Shown here piece by piece: positions 22,442 to 33,419 of a stretch of DNA of 62,000 bases; position 1 is the stretch's first letter; each line of letters starts with the position of its first letter. Source of the stretch: Lama guanicoe (Eukaryota); assembly GCA_013239625.1 (NCBI GenBank), contig MU054187.1, positions 9,257,231 to 9,319,230 on the forward strand, written 5' to 3'. Under the pieces are notes generated by a model. That model did no database searches, had not been told where the DNA came from, and worked only from the letters and a program-made list of their open reading frames with translations. The position numbers were made by a program, and so were the translations under genes.

Positions 22442-23449
22442 GTACAGAAGGAGTTCAGTGATGACATTTCCTGTACTACCAGTGATAGTTATTTTGTGAT
22501 TGGCAAGTGCCTCTAATTGAAGACATAAGCTTCCTGCTAAGAGCCAATAATCAGAGTTTTGGAACTCATGTTCCATTCCCTACACTACAACATAGGCAGT
22601 TGGGAATGGACAGGCATGACACTGAATTTATGAAAGAACTCTCTTGTGATGTTGGGCCTTAGGAAAGGGCTGTCTATGTTCTTGGCCTGCACTGTTAGAG
22701 AGACAGAAAGACTTTGAATGACCAGGAGTTGTGATTTAACCCACATGAGATAGCTTCACCAAATCTGGCAGAGAGATTAAAAAGGGGGGGGGCGGATTTT
22801 TTGCAATTGCTGTTTTGTGCACTATGCTTTTCGAGTCTTCAGTTTTGATCTTCCATATCTGATCTAATTCTAAGTTAGCTGTTTGGGGGAAAAATTGAAA
22901 TACTTTTTTCTTTAAAGCTCCAAGGAATTTTTTAAAAGTGTAAGTAAAAAAAATTTTACTTATTGTTGAAAATTTGGAAATTACTAAAAATAAAGACAAA
23001 AACATTCATCTATAATTCTACCTTTAGTGACATTTATCATTAACATTTTTCTTCTAATCTTTTATTTTTGCCTAGATAAGAGATTTTAAACTCAAATTGG
23101 ATTTACCTGGTTTTTCTAACTAGCTTTCTTTTTAACAAGAATCCTAGCATGAAAATATTTTGGTGCTATTTAAAATTGTGATTTTTAATGCCTGCAGCCT
23201 ATGGCTATTCTGTAACTGAATTACTTTATGAGCTATTTTTTAGCATGTATATTCTTTTAACTTTCTCTATACTTAATATCTTTGTACATAAATAATGATG
23301 CATATTTCCAATTATTTCCTTATTTATTGAGGAATAAAGCTGTGCCTCTAGAAGAAAAATGAATTAAAACACAATTGACAGTTTCAGATTTTAATCAGTT
23401 ACCTCTTGATGTGGCCTTGAATTAGGTTTTAAAACTTACTTCTGTTTGG

Positions 23450-23750
23450 GATTTTTTTTGTTTTTGCTCTATGGAAGTTTAGCATTTTTAAGTAAGCAAA
23501 TTTGGTAGTCGTTTCCTTTATGGCTTTTGTTTTACCTGTTGTGGTTAAAAGCCTCTCCTGATTACAATATTATAAAAATATTAACCCTTATCTTCTAGTA
23601 CATCTATGATTTTGCTTTTATATTAAATCTTTGATCCATTTGGAGTTTATTTTGACAGGAGGAATGAAGGTAGGACTCCAGATTAATTTTTTCCCAAATC
23701 ACTACTAGTCCATCAATATTTATTGAATTCTCCACTTTTACCTACTAATG
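23450..23750 (-). mobile_element. Old L1 (L1ME-like) ORF2 fragment
   Basis: tattaaatctttgatccatttggagtttatttt is a typical antisense L1 ORF2 motif, here highly degraded. Confidence 0.55.
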
Positions 23751-24668
23751 GAAAATTCTTTGGCTTTGGATTGGAACCTTCACTGTGTGGTAAACTGTGA
23801 AACCTGAAATGCCTTCAAGAAGCATGTATTGAAGAATAAATGGACAGTGGTAAAAACTGCTATTTGGATCCAAATAGTTCTGTGAGAATGACAGATTTTG
23901 ATCAAAGTCAGTATCAGTCTTCCAGTTTATATTTCACTTAAGGTGCTAAAGAAGAAAAAGTCTTTGCTGTTTCATTGTTCCCTAGAGCTAATCAGGAGTG
24001 TGCCTGGGAACTGTTCAACCCCCTGTGGGTAGACATTCTTGGGTCACTAAACTTGACTTTTAAGGTTCTAAGCTGAGACACTGTGCTGGGGGTGGGACTG
24101 GGAATCAAAGTATCTGCATTGTAAGTTTAATACCCACAAAGATGCTCCCCTAAATGAGAAAAAAAGTGATATCTAACTACGTTATAAGTTCTAAAGACCA
24201 CTTTACTTTACAAATGTGACTTCTAATTGCCATTATTTATTTTGTAAGCTAAAATTTCAGGTCATATCCTAATTAAGGCACTAATTATGCTGAGTTGTTT
24301 GCAGGTTTAATAATTACAACCTTAAGTCTTTTCATGTAATCAGTGTCTTCCTATTAATTTTGTTTTAATGTCATACAAATATTGTTTTTTCAGCTGATTA
24401 GGGTACTAGTATGCTGCCAAAAGCATCTACTTCTTACTAAATTACACATTGGTATTCAGCAAGTTATTCAAAATGTATGAGCAGGCTGAAAATCCACTGA
24501 GGGTATTATTCTTACATTCAGGGATCTGGATCAAAGCAGTGACAATATAGTGAAATTAAAAGTCAGTGAAGTTTAATAAAATTACCAACTGTTGAATCCA
24601 TATGCTGCTTAACCTCTGTTGTAATCCTTGGTTGTGCTCTTGAAAACAAGGCTAAGCTAGAAGACTTC

Positions 24669-24804
24669 TTTCTTTTTTTATATTTTATTTTAGAACAGAT
24701 AATATATTCACCTGACTAAATGAAAATACATAATTTCTTTTTTTATATTTTATTTTATTTTGGAATTGATAATATATTCACCTGATTAAAATGAGAATGC
24801 ATAA
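24669..24804 (+). repeat. Imperfect tandem duplication of about 65-70 bp
   Basis: tttctttttttatattttatttt...gataatatattcacctga(c/t)taaa...tga(a/g)aat(a/g)cataa occurs twice, at 24669-24733 and 24734-24804. Confidence 0.9.
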
Positions 24805-24924
24805 ACAGGTAGAGAAAAAAGTCTCCTCCTATCTCACATCCCCCAGGTTTCCTCCACAGGAAGAGCAATTCCTTGTGTACCCTTCTAGAGAGATCTTATG
24901 CCTATGTAAGAATATATAGAGACC

Positions 24925-27340
24925 TTTTGGTCTGGGCAAGATGGTATAGGCTTCTGTCTCCCAGGTTCTCCCTGCTAAGCATGACTAAAAGCCTTGGAAA
25001 TAACATAAGAGACAAAAAAAAGAGAACCTGAAAGGCAGAAGAGGTAAACTGGTAGGGATCACAGGGCCAAAGGAACAGTGCAGTGACAAGGCACCTTTTG
25101 ACTCCCTACCCAAGAAAAGGTAAACCAGGCCTGGCCTTTCCTGACACCCACTCTAGCAAAAGAAGGCAGCCAGATAGTCTTATTCTTCCTCCAAACTGAA
25201 CAGGAGTCCTACCAACAAATCTAGGCAATCCCAGCAGAAACATCAAAGAGCACCAACTGAATGTCCCCGTAACAATAACCAGCCAGAAGGCTTTCCTACC
25301 AGCCTCAGACTCCCCGCTTGCACCCAGAGACCCCACTTTACAGAGGAAATTAACAAGGGGGATTTTGCCACAACAAACATCCAGCCCAGGAAGTGTTTTT
25401 ATTCCTGAAGCCTGGAGATCCCCTTCCCTCACCTAAAGGCACCAGGCCGTCCAGCCTGGGGAGGCTTCTTTTCACTTCCTCAGCTAGTTCCATCAAGCAC
25501 CTGTGGGGCCCAAGAGGCAGGAGACAAACCAAGCAGACCAAAATAGCACCACAGAGGCTCTGACAATTAGATTGTCATTGGAACCACAGCCCACAAAAGT
25601 AGGCTAGGACCTGCATGCTCAATCCAGAGTGACTGACTGTTACAGTAAAAAAATTAAATAGGACCCAGAGTCTCCTAAATAACAGCCAAAATGTCCAAAT
25701 TAAAACCACTCATTGTATACAAAGAATGAAGGAAATCACAACTTGCATAAGAAAACATAATCATCTGACTCCCATATTGAGATGAAACAGATATTAGAAT
25801 TACCTAAGGATTTTAAAGTAACGATCATAAAAAAGATTCAACAAGCAATTACAAATTCTCTTGAACCAAGTGGAAAAAATAGAAATTTCAGCCAAGAAAT
25901 AGAAGTTATTGAAAAAGAACCAAATGGAAATTACAAAACTGAAAAAATAACAGAAACAACACAACTAACTGGATGAGCTCAGTGGTAGAGCAGAGATGAC
26001 AGAGGACAGAATCAGTGAAGCTGAGGACAGATCAACAGAATTTACCCAAACTGAATAACAGAGAGAAAGTAAACTGAAAACAAACAGTTACAGGAAACTG
26101 TGAGGCCCTAACAAGAGAGCTAACATTATAAATGTTAGACTGGTGTCCTAGAAGGGGAGGAGAAAGAGTGGGACTGAATGAGTATTCGAAGAAATAGTGA
26201 CTGAAAATTCCCCAAATTTGGCAAAACATATAAACCTACAGATCAAGAAGCTGAGTGAATCCCAAATAGTATAAATCTCAATAAATCTATGCCAAGACAC
26301 ATCATAATGAAACCTCTGAACACTAAAGAAGAAGAAATTATTTTTAAAATTACCAGGAAAAGGGGGTGGGAAGGGATAAATTTGGGAGTTTGAAATCTAC
26401 AAATGTTAGCCACTATATATAAAAATAGATTTTAAAAAGTTTCTTCTGTATAGCACAGGGAACTATGTTCAATATCTTGTAATAACCTTTAATAAAAAAA
26501 TGAAAATGAATATATGTATGTATATGCATGACTGGGACACTGTGCTATACACCAGAAATTGACTGCACTTCAGTAATTTTTTTTTAAAAGCAGAGAAACA
26601 ACACAATACCTATATGCAGACAGTAACTCAAATGACAGCAGATTTCTCACCTGAAATAATAGTGGCCAGAAACAAGTGATACAACATTCCTCAAGTGCTA
26701 AAAGAAAAGAACTGTGAATGCTATATCTGGTGAAACTATACTTTAGGAATTAAGGGGAAAGAGAGACATTCTCAGATGAAGGAAAACCAAAAGAATTAAT
26801 CACCAACAGATCTACTCAAAGAATAGTTCAACAATGTTCTTCAAAAGAAGGGAAATCATGAAGGAATCTTGGGTCATCAGACAGGAAGAAAGAACAACAA
26901 AGAAAGAAGAAATATGGGTAAGCACAATTGACTATCAATCTCCTCATGAGTCTTCTAAATTATACAGGATGATTGCTCTAAAAATTGTAACACTATCTGA
27001 TACTCAAGACAATGATATTTAAAAGTGAAGAGGATAATGGGAACTAAATGGGAGAAAATTTTCTGCTCTTCACTCAAATTGGTAAAACACTGATATTGGT
27101 AGACTGTGATAAATTATATATATGTATGTATCCATACACACACACATATACCCAACATTAAAAAGACTACAGCAAGTAATACACTCCAAAAAACCACAAG
27201 TAAATCAAGATGGAATCCTTTAAAGTGTTCAAATAACCCCCAGAAAGACAAGAAAAGGGAAATGGAGAAACAAGAAAGAAAGGAAACAAACAGAAAACAA
27301 ATAATAAAATGATAGACTTATGCCCTAACATATCAAATAT
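24925..27340 (+). mobile_element. Old L1 5' half (5'UTR, degenerate ORF1, start of ORF2)
   Basis: Starts with the gggCAAGATGG YY1-like motif. ORF1 remnants include tgccaagacacatcataatgaaac, gcagatttctcacctgaaa and agacattctcagatgaagg. Stops at the ORF2 start region (aaatgatagacttatgccctaacatatca). Confidence 0.8.
26360..26575 (+). mobile_element. Young lineage-specific L1 3' end nested in the older L1 ORF1
   Basis: gggtgggaagggataaatttgggagtttg...tatagcacagggaactatgttcaatatcttgtaataacc...gcatgactgggacactgtgctatacaccagaaattgac. This is a cetartiodactyl/camelid-type L1 3'UTR. Confidence 0.85.
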
Positions 27341-30089
27341 AAACGGTACAAGTATGTGTTATAGTTTTCCTTAATTATTATGTAAGTGGTGGTGTACTAT
27401 CACTCCTGTCTTGTGCTTTGCATTCGTCTCTTAACGTATCTTGGAGATCATTCTAAGAAATTATCAGTTCATAAAAATTTCATTCTTTTCACACTGTTGT
27501 ATAGTTTTCCATGGCATAGCCATGCCATGATGTAATCATTTATCTGTTGATACATACTTAGGTTGTTTTCCATTAAGTCTTCCTTTTTAAACCAACTTAG
27601 AGCTTCTCAGAGAGGGAAACAGAAAGTTTTCCATAGTCCCAGAAAGGTAGATAGAGGTGGAAGGAAGGAAATTATCTTGGTTCCTGTCCTCTTTCCAGTT
27701 TTTGCTATGTCCCAATTCCAAATTCCTGGAGCAAGTATCTAATGGACCAAGCTGGGTCAGATGCTCACCCACATCCAGCTGACTCTGACTAGAAATCTGG
27801 AATCACAAACCCCCACTACCACTCAGCAGGGACTGGGGATCCAATTCTATGAGAAGGGGCAATGTTCTCTAAGAGGTGCAGAGTTGGCAAGGAAATTATC
27901 AGCATCTTTAGTTCTTTATTGTTTTAAGAGAATACCATAAACAGCAGCCTCACAGACCTATCTCAGTCCCTTCCTATGTCTGTTTATAAATATCATAGAA
28001 CCTTTCTGTGAATAAACCATCTTTTTTCCTACATCATTGTACACTACAAGTACAACTATACTTCATTAGTCAGCTGACAAAATGGAGCCCCCAGATATTT
28101 CAAAGGACAGCAGTGAGGAATAACAAGAGGAAGGTTTTTACTGTGTCAATCCATAATGTTCTAAAGCACTTGCCTCACTGAGATTTTGGAAAGAGAAATG
28201 AGATCACTTTTTCAAAGTGTGTGGAGCCCTTTGAGGAAAAGCACAATGAAAATAACAGGTGCTATTATGAATGGACAGATTCCCTCGTCATATTTAAAAG
28301 TCTAAAATTATCCTGCCATTTGGTGTCACTGTTCAGAAACCATTTATCTAGCATAAGGTAAGTTTCTGCTCCATGTCAAAAGTGCCACATCACAGAGTGA
28401 GACTCCTGGCATGAGTCTCATCTAGGGCCTTCATCATGGAATAAATCTGCCTTTGGCATTGCAACCCCAAGGAGCTTGAAGTCTAAAGCTTATTTAATCC
28501 AGTTTTCTCATTGCTGGGTCATGTCCCTTAATCCTACCAGTGCTTTATGAAATAAGCAAATATTTTTCCCTATTGTCCCACTGCCTAAAAGCCTTTACTA
28601 TCCCTTAACATGCTGTCTGAAGGAGACTTATTTGAGTTAATCTTTGAAAAGTTCAGATACACCTAGAATGGCTACCCATTTTTCACATATTTACCATAGC
28701 TTTAAACAGGCATGGTTTCCCCTCTCACCTAATTTAAGCAGCTCTCTAAGCCACAAGAAATTTTGAGTCAGGAAGCTGGTGGAGGAGGAGAGATGGAGAG
28801 ACACATTAGTGAATGGTGGGACAACTAGGGAAAAGGTAAGTAAGAGACTTTGGCCCTTTTCAGTCTTTGGCCCTTTTCAAGTGACTTAAGACCCAGGTTC
28901 ACTGTACAGTCTCCACCACCCAAGTCCTTTTAGGAGGCTCCCCTGAAATGTCTCCCAGGACCCAGTTCATTCCTACATAGCAGCACTGCTTCACCAAACC
29001 AAGTTTCCACCCTGCTGATGATAGCGGTTTTGCCATTCACTCAGCGGGCATGTCCACGGTCATTGCTAGGCACAACTCTGGGCATGCCAGCTCCGCTGGT
29101 TCTTAGCTGGATATAGCTGCTCTGCTGCTCTTCTGTGCCACTCTACCAGGCCTGGCAGGCATAACAGGTGCTCCTTGCTAACTACTCAGTGCCCAAGTCT
29201 TCTGATTACTCCTCCAGGCCAAGAAACTGCCTCTGCTATTTATCTTGAGACTTGAGGAAGTCATCAGTGCCTGCTGGGCTGTGCCACGTGGAGATGGGAA
29301 GCTGGCTGCAGGGGCTGGTTCCCTCCTTTGTGTGATACTCTCTCTTAGAGCTCCCAGTGAGTGTCAGAGTTTGGAAGAAAAACTCCTATCTTTTCTTGTA
29401 GCTCTTTTTCTATAGAACCCAGATATGTGCTCAGGAATGAGACAGAGACTAGCAGTTATAAGGCTATACTCAGAATCTCCATCCCCTCTGGCAAAGTTTT
29501 GTTCTGGAGTCAAGCTCATCTTGCCTGGCTCTTTCTTCCCTAAGATGGCATCCTTTTCCAGATGACTCTGCAGTTCCCATCCCACCCCTAGTAAGGCTTC
29601 TGTCAGGCGGCCCTGTCAGCTGCGGCTGTCCCAGCAGGCTATATGACTTAGGTTCCTTTCTGGGAGGCTCTCCAGCCCTGGGGGATTTCTGGGAGGCTGC
29701 CATTGCCAGGCTTCCAAGCATGCCAGGATGTGTCCAAACTCCCAGCCGTGAACAGTAGGCTGTGACGGCTCAAAGATGTATCCCTACCATTGCCCTACAA
29801 CAAGGCTCCCTGATTCTGTGTTCTCCTTAGGAGTCTGGATTAGGTAAATGCAGTTTGTCATTAAACTGCTGTTCAAGTAAGCACTTTAGGTTTGTGATTA
29901 GATCTTTTTCTTGATGTTGACTGGCACATAAAAATCCTTCACTCCAAAATCGGTAGATTGTTCATTTATACCTCACACTGCTACCTAATTATAGCAGAAG
30001 CCAGGAAGGCTGATCAGATCACTTAGCACCACTGGGATGTCAAGAGTCTCTTACAATCTTAGTGCCTTTACAGCAGCAAGCCTTGTTTA

Positions 30090-30290
30090 TTATTCAACAA
30101 GTATTTATTGAGCACCCACTATGTGTTGGGCATGGTTTTAGGCACTAAGAAAATAGCAATGAACAGAAGAGACAAAATCCCAGCATTCATGAAGCCTATA
30201 TTCTGGGCTGGGGGGGTGGGGCTTAATAAAAAACAGATAAACCAGCCTACCAGATGCTGGTAAATACTGTTGAGAAAAGTAAAGCAGTGC
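30090..30290 (-). mobile_element. L2 3' end
   Basis: ttattcaacaagtatttattgagcacccactatgtgttgggcatgg. Confidence 0.8.
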
Positions 30291-30389
30291 TAGGAGTGCT
30301 TAAAGTTACACATTCTCTCTGAGGTGTTCCACATAGATTTTAACACTTAAATCCCGTGACTGCAGTGAACTCTAAGTATAAAGTAACAG

Positions 30390-30555
30390 TTAAGAGAGCA
30401 GGATATGGAGCCAGAAAGCCCTGGATTCCAACCCCTTCTCTTAGCCTCATTTTTTCATAAATAAAATGCAGATAATGGTACTGACCTCAAAGAGTTGTTG
30501 AGGAGTAAGTGAGATGATATATGTAAAGTATTTAGACAAAGTCTAGCACATGGGT
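30390..30555 (+). mobile_element. MIR SINE
   Basis: gttaagagagcaggatatggagccaga...ctcaaagagttgttgaggagtaagtgagatgatatatgtaaag. Confidence 0.7.
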
Positions 30556-30615
30556 ACTGGGTACCACAAAGGATACATTAGGAGTGAGAGAAACAGCCTT
30601 AAAGAATGGCATTCT

Positions 30616-30729
30616 ACAACAGGAAAATAAATATATGTATATTCATGTATGACTGAGCATTGTGCTGTACACCAGAAATTGACACAACATTGTAAACTGA
30701 CTATACTTCAATTAAAAAACAGGAAAAAA
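30616..30729 (+). mobile_element. Very short young L1 3' end with a perfect 15-bp TSD
   Basis: tgtatgactgagcattgtgctgtacaccagaaattgacacaacattgtaaactgactatacttcaattaaaaaa. TSD aaagaatggcattct at 30601-30615 and 30730-30744, preceded by tt. Confidence 0.92.
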
Positions 30730-32677
30730 AAAGAATGGCATTCTTTAAACTTGGCTGGGACGGGGCACAAGGAGATTCTCCGAGGAATGTTTATGTGTAT
30801 GCGTGCACATATGCGTGAGAGGGAGTGCATGTGCATGTGTGTATGTGTTGTGTGTAAGAGTCTGTGTATGGGGGGTATTTAGATTCTGTTATATATTTAA
30901 ATTCCACTGAATATATTTAAAAGAGTGTTGCAACTATTTTATTTTAACATGCTAATGTTCGTAATATGCTGAAAATCACACCTTTTGCATCTATTAACTT
31001 TTATCATAAAAAATTTTAGACACCAAGTTAAGATTGTGGAGGGAAAAATTTCTCAAAATTATTTTAAGGGGCATAAGCAGAGAGTTAGAATTAGAGAGAG
31101 AGAGAAGGAAGAGAAGCCGGGAGAGGGGAGGGGGTGAAGGGAAGAGAAGAAAGAAGAAATCCAAACATCATACCCCAAATGGTTACAAGGAATCATTTAG
31201 GTGGGTTTAAGAAGGGAGTCCCTTTATATGCTCCATGACCCACTGTGCTGAAATCCTCACAGGGTGTAATCTCTCTCTTTTCTTTCCTGCCTTTCCCACT
31301 CCATCAGTTCCTTAAGGGCAGGCACCGTGCTTTACCTTCCATTGGACTTCTGAGCACCATGCTAATATACACCAAATGCAAGAATGACTTGAACAGCAGA
31401 TCGATTTTTGCCTGTGGACTTTCTCCTTGGTTACATTCTCAGCTTCTTTGGGACTATTTCTCAAATGTTTGGTTACCTAGCTGAAGAAAGAGTCATTTAC
31501 TGACCCAGTAAATAGAGAGGGGCGGATCAGCGAGGAAAGAGCACAGTTTCAGTATGAACACACATGTTTTATACAGCTCTGGGGCCTTCGAGTGAGTAGT
31601 AACTAAGAGACAGGAAAGGGAAAATCTGTAGAAAAGAGCACTGGTTATGCAATTTAGAGAATGTTAAGTCTTGAGTATTCAAATCTCATGTGTAACTTAA
31701 ATGTTACTTTTTACTCACACTGGCATGTACATTTTTGAAGTGAGACAGAAACAAATTTAAGAGTCTTGAAAGGAAGGTTGACTGATTTCTCTGGTTCTTG
31801 GTGCAAGAGCCCAACATGAAGCTGGCCACCCAGATGAGAAATCAGATAAAGGTCTAGCTCTTTCTTAGCTGCTCAGAGAACCACAAAATCAAAGAGAACT
31901 GTTTAGTGCATTAGCACCAGGATCTCTGTGCCCCAGGGATGAGCTTAACTTCTTGTGACAAGATACCAAATAACTTGGTTCACAGGGTAGCAGGGACTCA
32001 CTGATTCTCCTACTTCATTCAATTTCACATGAAACTTTTTGGACTTCATCTTCCACCTCTGAAGAGATGAGTTGCTTCAGAGTAGACTCAAGTGAGGCAA
32101 ATGCTGTTTTCACAAGGAGCAGGAAAGAGTATCATTTCCATAGTGATCTGTGGCAACCCCAATCTGTGGTGCTTTTACCCATCTTTATTAGCAATTACAG
32201 GTCATAACAGAGGCTGCTTATGAATAAAGTTTAAATGTCAGGGGAATGCATAGCTAATAGAAGAATTGTAAATATTTACAAGGCAAAGTGATGATTCAAG
32301 CTCACAAGATAAATTGAAATTAATCTCTATCAAGCACTAATTTGTTTCCTGAATTCTAAAACCTTCCACTAAAAAGAAGAGTATATGAGGCTGTCAGATT
32401 TATCTTCCAGGTCAGTGCATAACCTCCCTTCCCCTATGGCACATCTTCCACTTGATCCTCTTAGTTCTTCATGCAGCTTCAACTTCAGTTACTCCTAGGC
32501 ACTAGAATCATTATGATCAATAACTTTTCTTCACTCATTCATTCACTCAGTAGCTATTTACTGTTGGATATGTATTACATCACACAGTGAGGGATGGATA
32601 TACATAGCGATCTATGTACCTATGTCTGTTTATACCCACCTATAAACACATTCTTTGTACTATTTAAACAGCTTACC

Positions 32678-32725
32678 TTAAAAAGATTCAGTAAGGTTAA
32701 AAAGATTCAGTAAGGTTAAAAAGAT
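32678..32725 (+). repeat. Perfect 19-bp tandem repeat, about 2.5 copies
   Basis: (ttaaaaagattcagtaagg)2 followed by ttaaaaagat. Confidence 0.95.
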
Positions 32726-33189
32726 ACAAACTGAAAGATAAATGAAACAAGGGAAGTTGTGATGAAGGAAACAGATTAACTTGGGCACAGAATTCATATT
32801 AATCATTTAAATGAAAGTGAATGCTTGATGCCACTGTTCATTCCTATCCCAGACATTATGCTAGATTCTGGGGATACAGTTCTAAGCAAACCACAGTCAC
32901 TAATCTCATGTAACCTGAGGTCTAATGGAGGAGACAAAATTAATCAAATGATGACAAAAATAAGTATATAATTACTGATGAGATAAAGTGCTCTAAAGAA
33001 AAAAGTACGGTTCCATGAGACTGTATAACAAAGTGATATAGACTAGGGGGTAGAAAAGCTTTCCCCAAGAAAATTAATGCAGCCTTAATTTTAAGACAAT
33101 TTACACCAATTTATATAGTTCAAATTATACTAATCAAAGAAAAGCCAGGAGGACAAGGCCAAGAGCCACAATGAGTCATTAATAACAAG

Positions 33190-33400
33190 AATAATAAAAA
33201 TACACAACACATAAGGAATGCTTATTATGTGCCAGGTACTATGCTCAATGATTTATATTCATTATTCTATTTGAATCTCACATCTCTGTATTGTAGGTGC
33301 TACTGTTCTGTTCATTTCCCACTTAGGAAAGCTGAGGCTTAGAAAGGCAGGATAAGAAGCTGCCCCAAATCACGCAGCAGTAAGTAGAAGAGCTAACACT
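33190..33400 (-). mobile_element. MIR SINE
   Basis: gaatgcttattatgtgccaggtactatgctc...ggaaagctgaggcttagaaagg. Confidence 0.7.
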
Positions 33401-33419
33401 CTGGGAGACTGGGAAATGA

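Noticed and set aside
25975..25995. agctcagtggtagagc looks like a tRNA A-box or tRNA-derived SINE head
   Set aside because: No B-box or cloverleaf follows. It lies collinear within decayed L1 ORF1 sequence.
28848..28879. Short direct repeats here and at about 35226-35265, 45151-45172 and 59848-59905 considered as an array-like system
   Set aside because: They are isolated two-copy microduplications with unrelated units. There is no regular repeat-spacer (CRISPR-like) organisation, and the DNA is mammalian.
31080..31160. Polypurine tract with possible H-DNA
   Set aside because: An imperfect low-complexity GA-rich run without clear mirror symmetry, common in mammalian introns.
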